Origin: Chiloscyllium plagiosum
Lineage: Eukaryota
Length of the DNA stretch: 64,000 nt
Assembly: GCF_004010195.1 (NCBI RefSeq)
Contig: NC_057718.1
Span: forward strand, 98,625,646 to 98,689,645
Reading direction: 5' to 3'
Shown: piece by piece, positions 40,198 to 53,339 of the stretch
How positions within the stretch are numbered: position 1 is the stretch's first letter
Layout: the number at the start of each line of letters is the position of its first letter
Translations under genes and position numbers: made by a program
The notes under the pieces: generated by a model
What the model was told of the DNA's origin: nothing
The model's database searches: none
Seen by the model: the letters and a program-made list of their open reading frames with translations, nothing else

Positions 40198-41020
40198 TTT
40201 GATTCGATGAGGTATTTGGCAAGTGTATAATTCCCATCCGCACAGGCTGCCATAAGTGGAGTGGTAAAAAATTTGTCCTGCACATCAACTGGCACTCCCT
40301 GGATAAATGCTTTCTTTAATGATTGCATATCCTCTGCTCTCGCTGCATAGTTAATATTTGTGTAGACCTTTTCTGGTTTGTCCAAGTACCATGCAGAGTC
40401 ATCTTGCAGAGGATGCTGGGGTGGGTTATCACGGCTGAATCGATTTCTATCCGTGAATGTCTTGTGGCTTTCGATCATAAACTCTGGTGGGCCCCCATCC
40501 TCCCGCCGAATCATATGTTCTTCAGGAAGGGTGCAAATCGGTATGGGTATCGCGACTTTTCCCTTTTTCCCACGCTTTCCCTTCTTTCCCTTTTTCTTCT
40601 TGGGCTCATATGAAGACATAAGGAAAACCTTTTCGAGGTACTTCGTGCCTTTGAAGAACTCGTTGATATCGATGACTCCGGTCCGGCCCTTGTCATGGGC
40701 GGATATTAGTGCAGCTATTTCTTCTTCTGCCATTGGCGCGTTTTTCTCCATAAGGATGGCAGCAAAATCCTCCCTCGTCAAGGTGCCATCGCCTCTGTCC
40801 ATGGTGGCAAATAGATTCCGAAGTGCGAGCTCGTGATACATCGACCAGTCATAGAGCCGGATAGCCCAGGGTGCATTGGGATTTTTCACGTCGGGCTTGG
40901 CGTACTTGGTGATGAGGCGCTCGACCTTGCGGAGTTCCTTCGATACAGCTTTATGACCGTTGGCTTTTGCGGCAGCCGCTGGGGTCTTTTGCTGCAGGTT
41001 TTTCGTTTTGGTGTTGCTCC
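40198..41020 (-). CDS. ANKEF1: ANKEF1-like large exon (823 nt; EF-hand-like region, Lys-rich stretch, ankyrin repeat)
   Basis: cctcag|GG SNTKTKNLQQKTP...WAIRLYDWS...DRGDGTLTREDF...KKKKGKKGKRGKKGK...DDSAWY...TTPLMAAC...IES AA|gtatg. Confidence 0.95.
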
Positions 41021-41501
41021 CTGAGGGGAAAGAGAGCCGAGAGATTGAATGAGAAAGGAATTGCAAGCTGTGCCCTGCTAAAAACTTAACAGCGTTTTAT
41101 TTTCAGTCAGTAAAGTAGGCTGAGCGGACCATTTTCCATCTTACAGGAGAAGATTATGACGCTACTACTCCACCCCTGTGCACTTGGCTAACATACTGAG
41201 GGTCAATAAGCTGCATGTTCCTTCTTGACAATTCAGTCAGATGTGTTTGAGGAATTCACACCTGATGACACATATTGGAAACTCTGGTTTGTAAATTTAA
41301 GGGCCCCTGCAGGATTTTCTAACCATCCTTAGCTGTGGCTGTATCAAAACCACTTTACTGCTGAGTGCCATCATCTGGCAGACATTTTATCCTGCTCTAA
41401 AGGAGTCCTGTTGAAATCGAGATAGAGGGTCAATTTTAACCTTGATCATCAGGAACAGAGCGTGGGAGATGTTATGATAGGTGACTTACTGATCTGAAAT
41501 T

Positions 41502-42001
41502 NNNNNNNNNNNNNNNNNNNNNNNNNNNNNNNNNNNNNNNNNNNNNNNNNNNNNNNNNNNNNNNNNNNNNNNNNNNNNNNNNNNNNNNNNNNNNNNNNNN
41601 NNNNNNNNNNNNNNNNNNNNNNNNNNNNNNNNNNNNNNNNNNNNNNNNNNNNNNNNNNNNNNNNNNNNNNNNNNNNNNNNNNNNNNNNNNNNNNNNNNNN
41701 NNNNNNNNNNNNNNNNNNNNNNNNNNNNNNNNNNNNNNNNNNNNNNNNNNNNNNNNNNNNNNNNNNNNNNNNNNNNNNNNNNNNNNNNNNNNNNNNNNNN
41801 NNNNNNNNNNNNNNNNNNNNNNNNNNNNNNNNNNNNNNNNNNNNNNNNNNNNNNNNNNNNNNNNNNNNNNNNNNNNNNNNNNNNNNNNNNNNNNNNNNNN
41901 NNNNNNNNNNNNNNNNNNNNNNNNNNNNNNNNNNNNNNNNNNNNNNNNNNNNNNNNNNNNNNNNNNNNNNNNNNNNNNNNNNNNNNNNNNNNNNNNNNNN
42001 N
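41502..42001. other. Assembly gap (500 N)
   Basis: Run of N. Confidence 1.
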
Positions 42002-42145
42002 TTCTGATGGCTTATTTTGTAATCTTATACATCCATGTCATGTTACCCAAAATATCTAAGTTGAATTTCTTATGTCACTTTCTTGTTCATCTCAATGCTG
42101 TTGAATAGGTGATACACTCAGGTCGATTGGTTAGCATGTCCTTAC

Positions 42146-42345
42146 CTCAAACTTGGAATTTGGGTCAGCACCTTTCTCTAATATCTGCAGACACATTTCG
42201 GTGCAGGCTGCGGCCTGTTCACAGGCCAACAAGAAGACTGGCTTTCCATCATGTGAGCAATTGTTAACATCAGCTCCGTGCGCAAGAGAAATCTCTAAGC
42301 AATGAAGGTGACGGATAGTGGGAGCAATACAGTAATATAGAATGC
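42146..42345 (-). CDS. ANKEF1: ANKEF1-like coding exon (200 nt)
   Basis: tgcag|GC ILYYCIAPTIRHLHCLEISLAHGADVNN...ILEKGADPNSKFE|gtaag; phase fits the preceding exon. Confidence 0.92.
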
Positions 42346-44639
42346 CTGCAAAATGGTTTGAAAAAGAATGCATCAGAGACAACGAAAAAAACACATAGGC
42401 CAAAAACAGTTCTGTTGCTGTTATAATATGATAGCTTAAAACCTGCTTGCTTCAGCTTCATGACAGCGGAGGTAAGCCAATGGAGAGTGACCTGGTAAAT
42501 CTTTTACAACTGGTTCCCTGAAAAGGGAATGCCTATTTAATATGTCAAAAGAATAAGGTTGATTTTTCAGTTTCATGACAAAGCCACTGTTTCACTGTGT
42601 CAGTAAAGTTGTCGTTGCCATGGGCAATTCATTGAAACTGCAAACTTCTATACATCATTTGCAAACACAGGTCCATTCACCCAACACACCAAGACCTGCC
42701 TGCAGTGGTGTTTAGCATCCTCAGTAATTCAAAGGTGCAAACATAACTTGGTGTTGATTGCACATTTGCAGATAATTCTTTCAAAATCTACTTGCTGAAA
42801 TTAGTGAAGCGTTCTACCAGTTGGACAGGACTATGTAATTTCAATACTAATAAATAATCTTGTCTCTCAGTAATACAGAATTAAATAACTAAATTAATAT
42901 GTTTGATTTTTCAGCTAGTCAATACATGACAAAGTCATTGTTTCATGAAGTTGTCATTGACATGGTCAAACCCGTAAGTAACATGCAAACAAAGAAAAAT
43001 AATAATAAATTTCACAAATTTCTGACAGAGTTTATTTTGCTGCTTTAAATGCAATCAAAATGACTTCCAGCAAGGCACGTTATGATCTTCAGAAGTTTCT
43101 ATTTATAAACGAGTTCTTTAGATGATTATCATCACCACAAGCTAAGGCATGTCTACTCTTTGTGGCAGTGAAACATTCAGGAGCTAGGTTGTCGTTATAG
43201 TAGCTACAACATGATCAAAAGATTATATTGCCATTTGAATTACAGTCTATTATGTTATGGTCAGATTACTACCTTGGTGGCTGTCACTATAAATGCAATT
43301 ACTTTAATTACAGTTTTCACAGGTGCACATTCCTCTTGCTGTGTTTATATTACAAAATAATTGTACCTGCAATAATGCCTTGGAGTATGGGCTGTTGTGA
43401 AAACTGTACTTTATGCTGCTGGCTTTGTAGACTAGGTCCTATCTGTCTCAGAGCTGGGGCCAATGTCCCAAGCATCTGAAGTTTTCCCTCTTGTACTATG
43501 CATTTATCCACATAACCTGCCATATTCTCCTATTGCTCCTCTATGCTATTTTAACATCCTTATCCTGGCTTTGAAATTCTTCCATGTTTTTGCTGCTCCC
43601 CAAAATCTCCATCTCAACAACCTGTAGCTTTGAAGGCAGGAGCTTACCAAACAGGTTTTCTCTGTGACCCGATTTAGAGGCTTGAAAATTGTCCCGATCC
43701 CTCCGTGAGGACTGTTAGAGATGGAGCACAGTTGTATAGCTGTTATCACTTGGTCACAACTCCACTGTAGCTTTTGTAGCCTCAGAGCTCACGATCCTAA
43801 ACTTTCAGCTTGTGATCCTTCACCCAATCCCCACTTTGGGAAGGCCCATTCACAGAGCTTGAGAGAGATGAGGACTGAACACAAGGCCAAAGCAAGTTGT
43901 TGACATTTGTTGTTTATGAGATATATAAGGACACAAGGTACAGCAGGTGCATTGCTCATGCTTTCTTTCATCAGGACTCAGCCCCATGTGATCCAATAAC
44001 ATCAAAAGATCTGAAGAAGAGTCATACCAGACTTAATTTTCTCTCCACCGAATGCTGCCAGACCCGCTGAGTTCCTCCAGTACTTTCTGAATTTGTCCCA
44101 TATTTCCAGCATCTGCAGTATTTTGCTTTGTCATCAAAACATAGCTCTTTATGCACATGCTCAGTAGCCCTTGACAGAGTATTGGTACAGTAAACTCATT
44201 CTTCCACATGACTCTCTGTGATCTTTGCTCCCTCCACTCCAATACTAGCCCTCTGCATTTCTCAGAGCTTTGCTTCTCCAGCACTGATGGCTAAACCTTC
44301 AGTTGCCTGCGTCTTAAGCTCTGGAATTCCTTTCCTGAACCTCCTGACTTATCTACTTTTCTCTTTCCTCCTGCCGAGGTGCTTCATAAGATGTACTGAA
44401 TGTCCTAAAACCTCCTTACGCATCTTGGTTTAATCTATGGACCTTGGGTTTTTTCTTTACTACATTAAAATGTGTGATAGATGAAAAGGAACCTAAAAGT
44501 TTTCTAATGGTATTTGAACTGTTAAAGCATTGTTGAAGAGCAGGGCCAAATAGCAACAATAACATGCATTTATATAGCATTGCAACATAGGGAATGTCTT
44601 AAGGTGCTTCATGGCAGCAATAACCAAATAAAATTTAAC

Positions 44640-45212
44640 AAGGCGAAAGTGAGGACTGCAGATGCTGGAGATCAAAGTCTAGATTAGAGTGGTGCTGGAA
44701 AAACACAGCAGGTCAGGCAGCATCCGAAGAGTAGGAAAATCGACGTTTTGGGCAAAAGTCCTTCAACAGGAATGAGGCAAGGAGCCTCTGGGGTGGAGAG
44801 ATAAATGGGAGTGGGGGGTGGGGCTGGGGAGAAGGTAGCCAAGAGTGCAATAGGTGGATGGAGGTGCGGAGGAAGGTGATAGGTCAGAGAGGAGGGTGGA
44901 GCGGATAGGTGGGAAAGAAGATAGGCAGGTACGACAGGTCATGAGGATGGACCTTACCCCAGTTCCAACCTTCCAGCTCAGCACCATCCTCATGACCTGT
45001 CCTACCTTCCTTCCCACCTATCCACTCCATCCTCCTCTCCGACCTATCATCTTCATCCCCACTTCCATCCACCTATTGTACTCTTGGTTACCTTCTCCCC
45101 AGCCCCACTTCCCTCCCATTTATCTCTCCACCCCGGATGCTCCTTGCCTCATTCCTGATGAAGGGCTTTTGGCCGAAACGTCGATTTTCCTGCTCCTCGG
45201 ATGCTGCCTGAC
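44640..45212. mobile_element. Penelope-like terminal region in inverted (tail-to-tail) arrangement
   Basis: 44645-44950 is an imperfect reverse complement of 44950-45212. Confidence 0.8.
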
Positions 45213-46214
45213 CAAATAAAATTTGGCACCAAGCCTCAAAAGATGGTATCAGCCTCGATAAGCTTTGAGGAGGAAAGAGAGTCAGTGAGGCAGAGAGAGA
45301 TGTGGGAAGGGAATGCCAGAGCTGAGGGCTTTGGCAGCTGAAGACTTGACCACCAACTGTGAAGCAATTAAAATCAGGGAAGCTAAAGAAACCAGAATTG
45401 GAGGTGTGCAAAAATCCCAGAAGGTTATGGGATTGCAGGAGACAGGTAATAGCCATAGGGAGGACAAGATCACAGTAGCACCTATAAATAGGGATGAGAG
45501 CTTTAAAATCAGGTACCTGTCAGAGCAAGTACCAATTCTAGCCAACGAACAGGAGTCTTGGTTGAAGTGAGGATACAGGCAGCTGAGCTTTGGATAAGCT
45601 CAAGATTCATGGTCTGCTTATACTACTGGTGGTTCAATCATTTTCAAACTTAACATTTGCACATTTTATTCAGGAATTTGGGGGGCACCAATGATGAAGA
45701 GGAGTCAGAGAATCAAAACGCCACCATTCTTAAAATATCAAACACATGCTGCAGGTCAGTGCAGCTACAACAAATGGGAATAACTTCAGGAGGAACATCA
45801 TTTAAGCGTAAAGCACTGTGGATGATGAAAATCTGAACTGAGAACAGAAAGTGCTGGAGAAACTCAACAGCTCTGGTAGCACCTGTGGAGAGAGAAACAG
45901 AGTAAACATTTCATGACCGATATGAGTCTTCTTCAGCCCAAACCTAATCCTTCTCACTGAAGAAGAGTCATACCAAACTTGAAATATGAACTTTGCTGCC
46001 TGACCTGTTGAGTTTCTCCAGCACTTTCTGTTCTCAGTTCAGATTTTCATCATCCGCAGTGCTTTACGCTTAAATGATGTTCCTCCTGAAGTTATTCCCA
46101 TTTGTTGTAGCTGCACTGACCTGCAGCAATGCACATTAGGTGAGCAATATTGCCCTCCTTAGTGAGGATGCATGCAGTAGCTTATAACCAAAAGTGAACA
46201 TTGTCCATCATCAG

Positions 46215-47915
46215 AAACCATAGAACATAGAACATTTCAGCGCAGTACAGGCCCTCCAGCCCTCAATGTTGCGCCTACTTGTGCAGCCAATCTGAAGCCC
46301 ATCTAACCTATGCTATTCCATTATCATGTTTATTCAATGTCCCTTTAAATGCCCTGAAAGTTGATGAGCCTACTACTGTTGCAGGCAGGTTGTTCCATGC
46401 CCTTACTAGTCTCGGAGTAAAGAACCTACCTCTGACATCTGTCCTATATCTATCACCCCTCAATTTAAAGCCTTGTCCCCTCGTGCTGGCCATCACCATC
46501 CGAGGGAAAAGGCTCTCACTGTCCACCCTATCTAATCCTCTGATCACCTTATATGTCTCTAATAAGTCACCTCTCAGCCTTGTTCTCTCTAACAAAAACA
46601 TCCTCAGGTCCCTCAGCCTTTCTTCATAAGACCTTCCCTCTATACCAGGCAACATCCTGATAAATCTCCTCCACATCCTTTCCAATGCTTCCACATCCTT
46701 CCTTTAATGCAGTGACCAGGACTGTACACAATACTCCAAGTGCAGCCACAGCAGAGTTTTGTATAGCTGCAACATGACCTCATGGCTTTGAAACTCAATC
46801 CCTCTACCAATAAAAGCTAACACACTTTATGCCTTCTTAACAACCCTATCAACCTTGGTGGCAACTTTCAGGGATCTATGTACATGGACACTGAGATCTC
46901 TCTGCTCATCCACACTACTAAGAATCTTACCAGAGTCCAGTACTCTGTATTCCTGTTACTCCTTCCAAAGTGAATCATGACACACATTTCTGCATTAAAT
47001 GCATTTGCCAACTCTCAGCCCAGCACTGCAGCTTAACTATGACCCTCTATAACCTGTAACATCCTTTCGCACTGTCTACAACTCCACTGATCTTAGTGTC
47101 ATCCGCAAATTTACTAACCCATCCTTCTACGCTCTCACCCAGGTCATTTGTAAAATGACAAACATCAGTGGCCCCAAAACAAATTCTTGCGGTACACAAA
47201 TGTTCCAGGATGAACATTTCCAATCAACCACCACCCTCTGTCTTCTTACAACTAGCCAATTTCTGATCCAAGCTGCTAAATCACCATCAATCCCATGCCT
47301 TCGTATTTTCTGCAATAGCCTAGAGTGGGGAACTTCGCAAACGTTTTACTGAAATCCCTCTGTTTGGTCACCTTCTCAAAGAAGAGGTATGATCTACACT
47401 TCACCAAACAGTGTTGACTATCCTTAATCAAATTATTCCTTTCTAGATGATTATAAATCCTGCCTCTTATAATCCTTTCCAACACTTCACCCACACCTGA
47501 AGTAAGGCTCACTGGTCTATAATTAGCAGGGTTGTCTACTCCCCTTCTTGAACATGGGGCCAATATTTGCTATCCTCCAGTCTGCTGGCACTATCCCAAT
47601 CGACAATGATGATATAAAGATCAAAGCCAAAGGCTCTGCAATTTCCTCCCTAGCTTCCTAGCGAATCCTAGGATAAATCCCATCCAGCCCAGAGGACTTA
47701 TCTATTTTCACACTTTCCAGAATTGCTAACACCTCCTCCTTATGACTTCAATACCATCTAGTCTAGCAGCCTGTATCTCAGTATTCTCCTCAACAACATT
47801 GTCTTTTTCCTGTGTGAATACTGACAAATAATATTTATTTAGCGCCTCCCCTATCTCCTCTGATTCCACGCACAACTACCCAATACTGTCCTTGACTGGT
47901 CCTCATCTTACTCTA
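46215..47915 (-). mobile_element. CR1 LINE (RT to 3' end)
   Basis: NYRPVSLTS; LERMWRRFIRMLPG...FFTPRLVRAWNNLP; ctatgtt tail. Confidence 0.9.
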
Positions 47916-49236
47916 GCTGAAAATGTGTTGCTGGAAAAGCGCAGCAGGTCAGGCAGCATCCAGGGAACAGGAGAATCGACGTTTCGGGCATAAGCCCTTC
48001 TTCAGGAAATCCTTTTCAGCTCTGATCTCCAGCATCTGCAGACCTCACTTTCTCCTCCCTGATCTTACTCTAGTCTGGTATAACTTCACAACAGTCTCCC
48101 ATGTGAAGTATAATCTCTGACGGTCTGTTTATTAAATTTAAGTGGTTTAAAAACTGAAACTTGACTGCAGTAAATAAAATGACAAGCCGCCTGGGAGGTT
48201 AGGTCAGTGGTTGGATGGTAGATTAGTGATGCCAACAGCAAGGGTTCAATTCCCCTCTGTGGGTTTCCTCCTGGTACTCCAGTTTCCTCCCATACTCGAA
48301 AGATGGAAGGTTAGGTGGATTGGCCATGCTAAATTGCCCTGTATTGTCCAGGAATGTGTATGTTAGGTAGGTTAGCCATGGGAAATGCAAGGTTATGGGG
48401 ATAGGGTGGATCTGGGGTGGGATGCTCTTCAGAGTGTTGGTGCAGACTTGATGGGCTGAATGGCCTCCTTCACACTGTAGGGGTTCTATGACTGTGTGCC
48501 GTTTACACATTCTCCTCGTATCTATGTGTATTTCCTCCGGATGCTCCAGTTTTCTCCCATAATCCAAAGATGTGCAGGTTAGATGGATTGGCCATGGGAA
48601 ATGCGTGGTTACGAGGTTGGGGGAGTGTCAGTGGTTCTTAGTTGTAAGCTCTTCAGAAGGTTGGTGCAGATTCGATAGGCTGAATGGCTTCTATCTGTAC
48701 CGTAGGGATTCTATTGTTCTAGAATCTTGGTGTCTAAATGCTACAGATGCAATTATAATCGCCTTTTTTCTCCCTCAGGTAAATCTGCTTCTTCCTTTGA
48801 ATGTAATACAGCCACAAGAACACAAAAATGGAGTTCCCTGATTTAATGCTGCAGTCACTGATAAATGTTGAACAAAAAAATGAAAGAACTCTCATTTATG
48901 CACTAACTTTCATGATATTACAATATCCAAACACAATTTGCAACCAATTAATTAATTACTATTGGTTACTTACCAAAACTGCATGAGACTGACAGCAGAG
49001 CTTTTGCTTTGTTAATTAATGAGCCACATGCTGGTTTTGAAAGAACTACATGCAGGTTTTCTGTGTGTGTTACTGGTCTTTGGACTGCAATGGATGCTTA
49101 CCTACTGCAAGCTCAATGAGTTGGGTATTTGGGCTTACTTTTGGCAAGATTTTATATCGTCATTGAGATCTAAAGCACAGCAAAACGCCCTTCAGCCCAT
49201 AATTTCTGTGCCAGTCAAAAACGATCACCTAACCAT

Positions 49237-49855
49237 TGTGACGAAGTTGCTTCTTTAACAAAATTATGGTGCCCTTGTTTTTTTTCAGAGAGATCGTAAA
49301 AGACACAGACTCCAAAAAGTCTAAGTTGAAAGGTTTTAGGGCCAATTTGATTATAGCTAACAGATACTGCCTCAGAACAATGAAAGGGGAGTGGCCAGTT
49401 CTTCCAGCTCAGCTTTTCTCTGGTTTGATTTGGTTTTTGGCAGTCTGGCTATTAAGCGATCAGGCAGCTGTAAAAGCTGCTAGACCCAAAGAAGGAAATC
49501 CAGGCTGACCCCCCTTTCTCTCTGACATCTTTCCTGTAAGACCCTATGTTTGATTTTACCTTTTGTGTCAAAGGGTGTTTATGGGGATTGTTGCAAGTAT
49601 TTGCAACATCATCATTAAGTTGGGATGATCTGTTGGGTGTTCGGACAGGTTACGTTATTCAGTATTCTATTCTCTTTTGTTTGTGTTTCATTAGGTAATC
49701 TTGTAAATAAACTCTGTTTTGTTTAAAACTGTGTGGTTTGACCATCCGCATCCCTCCTGGAATATCCACATTAACCTGCTTAAAATAACTAGCAAAGTTA
49801 GGGTCTGGGCTACTTACCTGAAATGTTTTGAGGGGGTCTGGCCTGGTCCATAACA
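49237..49855 (+). mobile_element. Solo LTR, same family as 20597-21255
   Basis: TGTGA...TAACA termini; internal AATAAA; TSD degenerate. Confidence 0.82.
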
Positions 49856-51354
49856 ATATTCTAATCCCATTTTCCAGCATTTGGCCCATAACCTGGTACA
49901 CCTTGGTATGGCAAGTGCACATCTGAATAGTTCTTAAATGTTATGTGAGCTTCTGCCTCCACCATGCTAACAGGCAGTGAGTTCCAGATTCACACCATCC
50001 TCTTGGTGAAAAAGCTTTTCTTCACATCCCTTCTAACTGTGTTGTTGTGATTTTGGTAAATGCAGAAGCTGAAATGAGCACAGCAAGATCCTACAAACAG
50101 CATGTGGTGTGATCCAGGTGAAGCGAATACTCTGCAAGAGCAGGGCCGCAGGAAATTTGACAGAAAGCAAAGTTGCTGATTTTAAAACTGGGCTACATTC
50201 ATTGCCACTCTAACTGCAGGGGCTGCTTTCACCACCCATGCAATTGCAATGTCATCAATGCAGCAGCGAAGAGCAGCAAAAAAGCTGATTTACTTGAGGG
50301 AGAGCAAGGCACAAGGCCAATTTACAGGGGTCCACAGCAGGAATACAGGCTGCCATGTGCCTTTATCTGTGGAACAGGCCCTAGCTGCAACACTGCAAAC
50401 AGATGACACTGTGTAAATAAATCTCATTCAATTTTGTACAATACTATTTTTGGCTGTTGTGGAAGTGATGCTATCTTTGAAACATTAGTTAACAGACAGA
50501 TTATTTTTGTTCCTTGTTAATCTTCTTGACAATCTGTCAATTAACAAAAAAAAAAAATCCCTAGATGGGAAGCATTAGCCAGAAATTTCCCAGGGCTTCT
50601 TTGACAGAACTTTCCAAACCGACAAACTCTACCATTTAGGAAGGACAAGGACAGCATATGCATGGAAACATAACCACCCGCAAGATCCCCTTCAAACTGT
50701 ACACTGTCCTGACTTAGAAATATGCTCCTCACTATTCCAGGGTCAAATTCAGAAACATCCTCGCAAACAGCACTGTGGATTCACCTACATCACATGGATT
50801 GTAGCAGCTCAAGAAGGTGACTCACCACCACTCCCTCAAAGGCCATTAGGGGACATGGGCAATACAGTATATGCTGGCTGTGCCAGTGAAGTGCACATCC
50901 CAACAATAAATCAAAAAGGACTTGTTATTAAGGTGTTAACTTGTTAAGTTTTAACACATGTTGCCTAACATTTATGTTTATTTTTAACAGAGTGCATCAG
51001 TTCATGTGGCATTTGTGACAGTGTTTGTCTGTATATGGCTTTGCTAGTTGGCATTTGTTCATGACTTTGTGTATGTGTGTCTGTAACCGTGTCTATCTCT
51101 GGCTTGTGCATGCCTTTGTCCAGCTTTGAATGTGTCCATCTCCATCCATTCCAATGTCTGGTTACGCAATAATAGGTCAATAGACATTTACTTGCTGTGT
51201 TGGCCATAACTTGTATTCATATAGTGCCTTTGTCTGTTTTTTAAAGTAATGAGTTTGAACGGGTTCATCGACAAGCTAAGCTGAAGCTCCACCCATACAG
51301 AACACAGGCACTCTGGTGCAACAAGCTTTTGGTAGCTGCAGTTAGGCAGCTACA

Positions 51355-51945
51355 ACTGAAGGAAGGTGCCAGGGTTGAGGAGTTTGATCTAAATAAACTG
51401 GGGCTGTTTTCCCTGGAGTGTCAGAGGCTGAGCGGAGACGTCATAGACGTTTATAAAATCATGAGAGGCATGGATGAGATGAATAGCCAACCTCTTTTTC
51501 CCAGGGTTGGGGAGTCCAAAACTAGAGGGCATTGGTTAGGTTGAGAGGGGAAAGATTAAAAGGGACATAAGTGACAACTCTTTCACACAGAGGGTGGTGC
51601 ATATATGGATTGTGTTGCTAGAGGAGTTGTGGAGGCTGGTCTAGGCTTCCGTTCTAGTACCGAGGGAGACCTGCACTGACTGAAGTGCTGCTTTTGTGCA
51701 AGAAGTTCTAATTAAGATACTACTTGCTTACCTGCTCACCAATGTCAATTTAAAAATTGGATGGTACCATTATGATGAAAGTGGGGAGATCATTTCTAAT
51801 CTTTGCAACATTTAAAAGGGGTATAGAGGAGTTTAGAGGGATATGGCCAAATGCTGGCAAATGGGACGAGATTAATGGGACGAGATATCTGGTCAGCATG
51901 GACGAGTTGGACCAAAGGGTCTGCTTCCGTACTGTACATTTCTAA
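51355..51945 (+). mobile_element. CR1 3' end with a 160-bp foreign insert
   Basis: LNKLGLFSLECQRLSGDVIDVYKIMRG. Confidence 0.8.
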
Positions 51946-53339
51946 TTGCATCTGTTTGCTTGCCTAAATATCTATTAAAAAAAATTATTATAGATGGAAC
52001 TACATAGAGAATGAAAAATGCATAGAGATTTAAGAAAAGAATTAAGTAGAAATGTCCAGATATATAGGTAACTGGATCTTATATATAGTAACAAGTTAAC
52101 CGAGTAGCCATTGGGCGCATGTCCAATTTATTGTGAAAAATAGATTATAAATTATTACATTTTTGGAGAGAAAAGGAATTGGATCTAAAACAGTAAGGTT
52201 CTTTACTATGTGAAAAAAGTGCGTATAAGTAGACTTTCAAAGGTGGCAGTACAGCGAGAGAACTCTATGAAAATGCATTCACTATTTTAAACATACAAGC
52301 ATTGCATATTAAAGAAAAGGCACTGAATATGTATTGTATATTGATTAGATCATAGTTAAGTATTGAAGGCAGCTTTGTAGACTACGGTAACACTACCAGT
52401 TGTGATTCAGTTGGTATTGTTCCTGTCTCTCAGTCAGAATGGTATGGGAATTAAATCCCTCTTCAAAGGCTTCAGCTGAAAAATCTAGGCTTCTGTTCTA
52501 GTACTGAGGGAGACCCGCACACTGACTGAGGTTATGCTTTAGTGCAAGAAGTTCTAATTAAGAGACTATCTGCTTACTTGCTCATCAGTGTCAATTAAAA
52601 GAGTGCTTAGTACCATTTTGATGAAAGTGGGGAGATTACTCCTAATGTTCCAATGAATATATGCCCTTCAATAAATATCACCATTAACATTAAATCAGAT
52701 AATATGATCATTATCACATTGTTGTTTATGGGAGCTTACTGTGTGAAATCTGGCTGCTGTGTTTCCTATATTGCAACAGGGACCACACTTCAAAAAATCA
52801 CTTAATGGACCTATAAAGCACTTTGGGGCATCCTGAGATTGCAAACAATCGCATAAAAATCCATGTCTTTTATAGGGAGGGTATCGGGCTACAGATAGGA
52901 TACATGACAATTCACTAGGTTGACAGCAGAAATGGGAGATTGTGGCAGTGCAGTGATAAACACAGACCAAGCAGAGGCTTTCAAGACTGTGAAAAAACAT
53001 CCATTGATACATAATCAAATATTGTTTCCCTTTCTTGTCAAGTTGGTAACAAGAGAGCATACACTAAAGATTATCATTAGAATAGCACAATAAATTTCAA
53101 CACACTTCGAGACCTGAGAATATCAATCACAAGTAGTAGTCTGTCTTTACATCATCAACAATAAATACATTTCAATAGAAAATCAGAAGACTAGGTGACA
53201 TACTGCATAATCACTGTATAACTGCCATATGATAAGCATAAATGTGTACTGCTGAAAAAAATCATTTTGTCACAGCTTTTCATTCTGTACTCATCAGGGC
53301 ATTTTCAGGAGAGCCCAATGGCTCTTGGTGCTGCGCTGA

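Noticed and set aside
40323..41024. Plus-strand ORFs of 63-152 aa
   Set aside because: Antisense shadows of the ANKEF1 large exon
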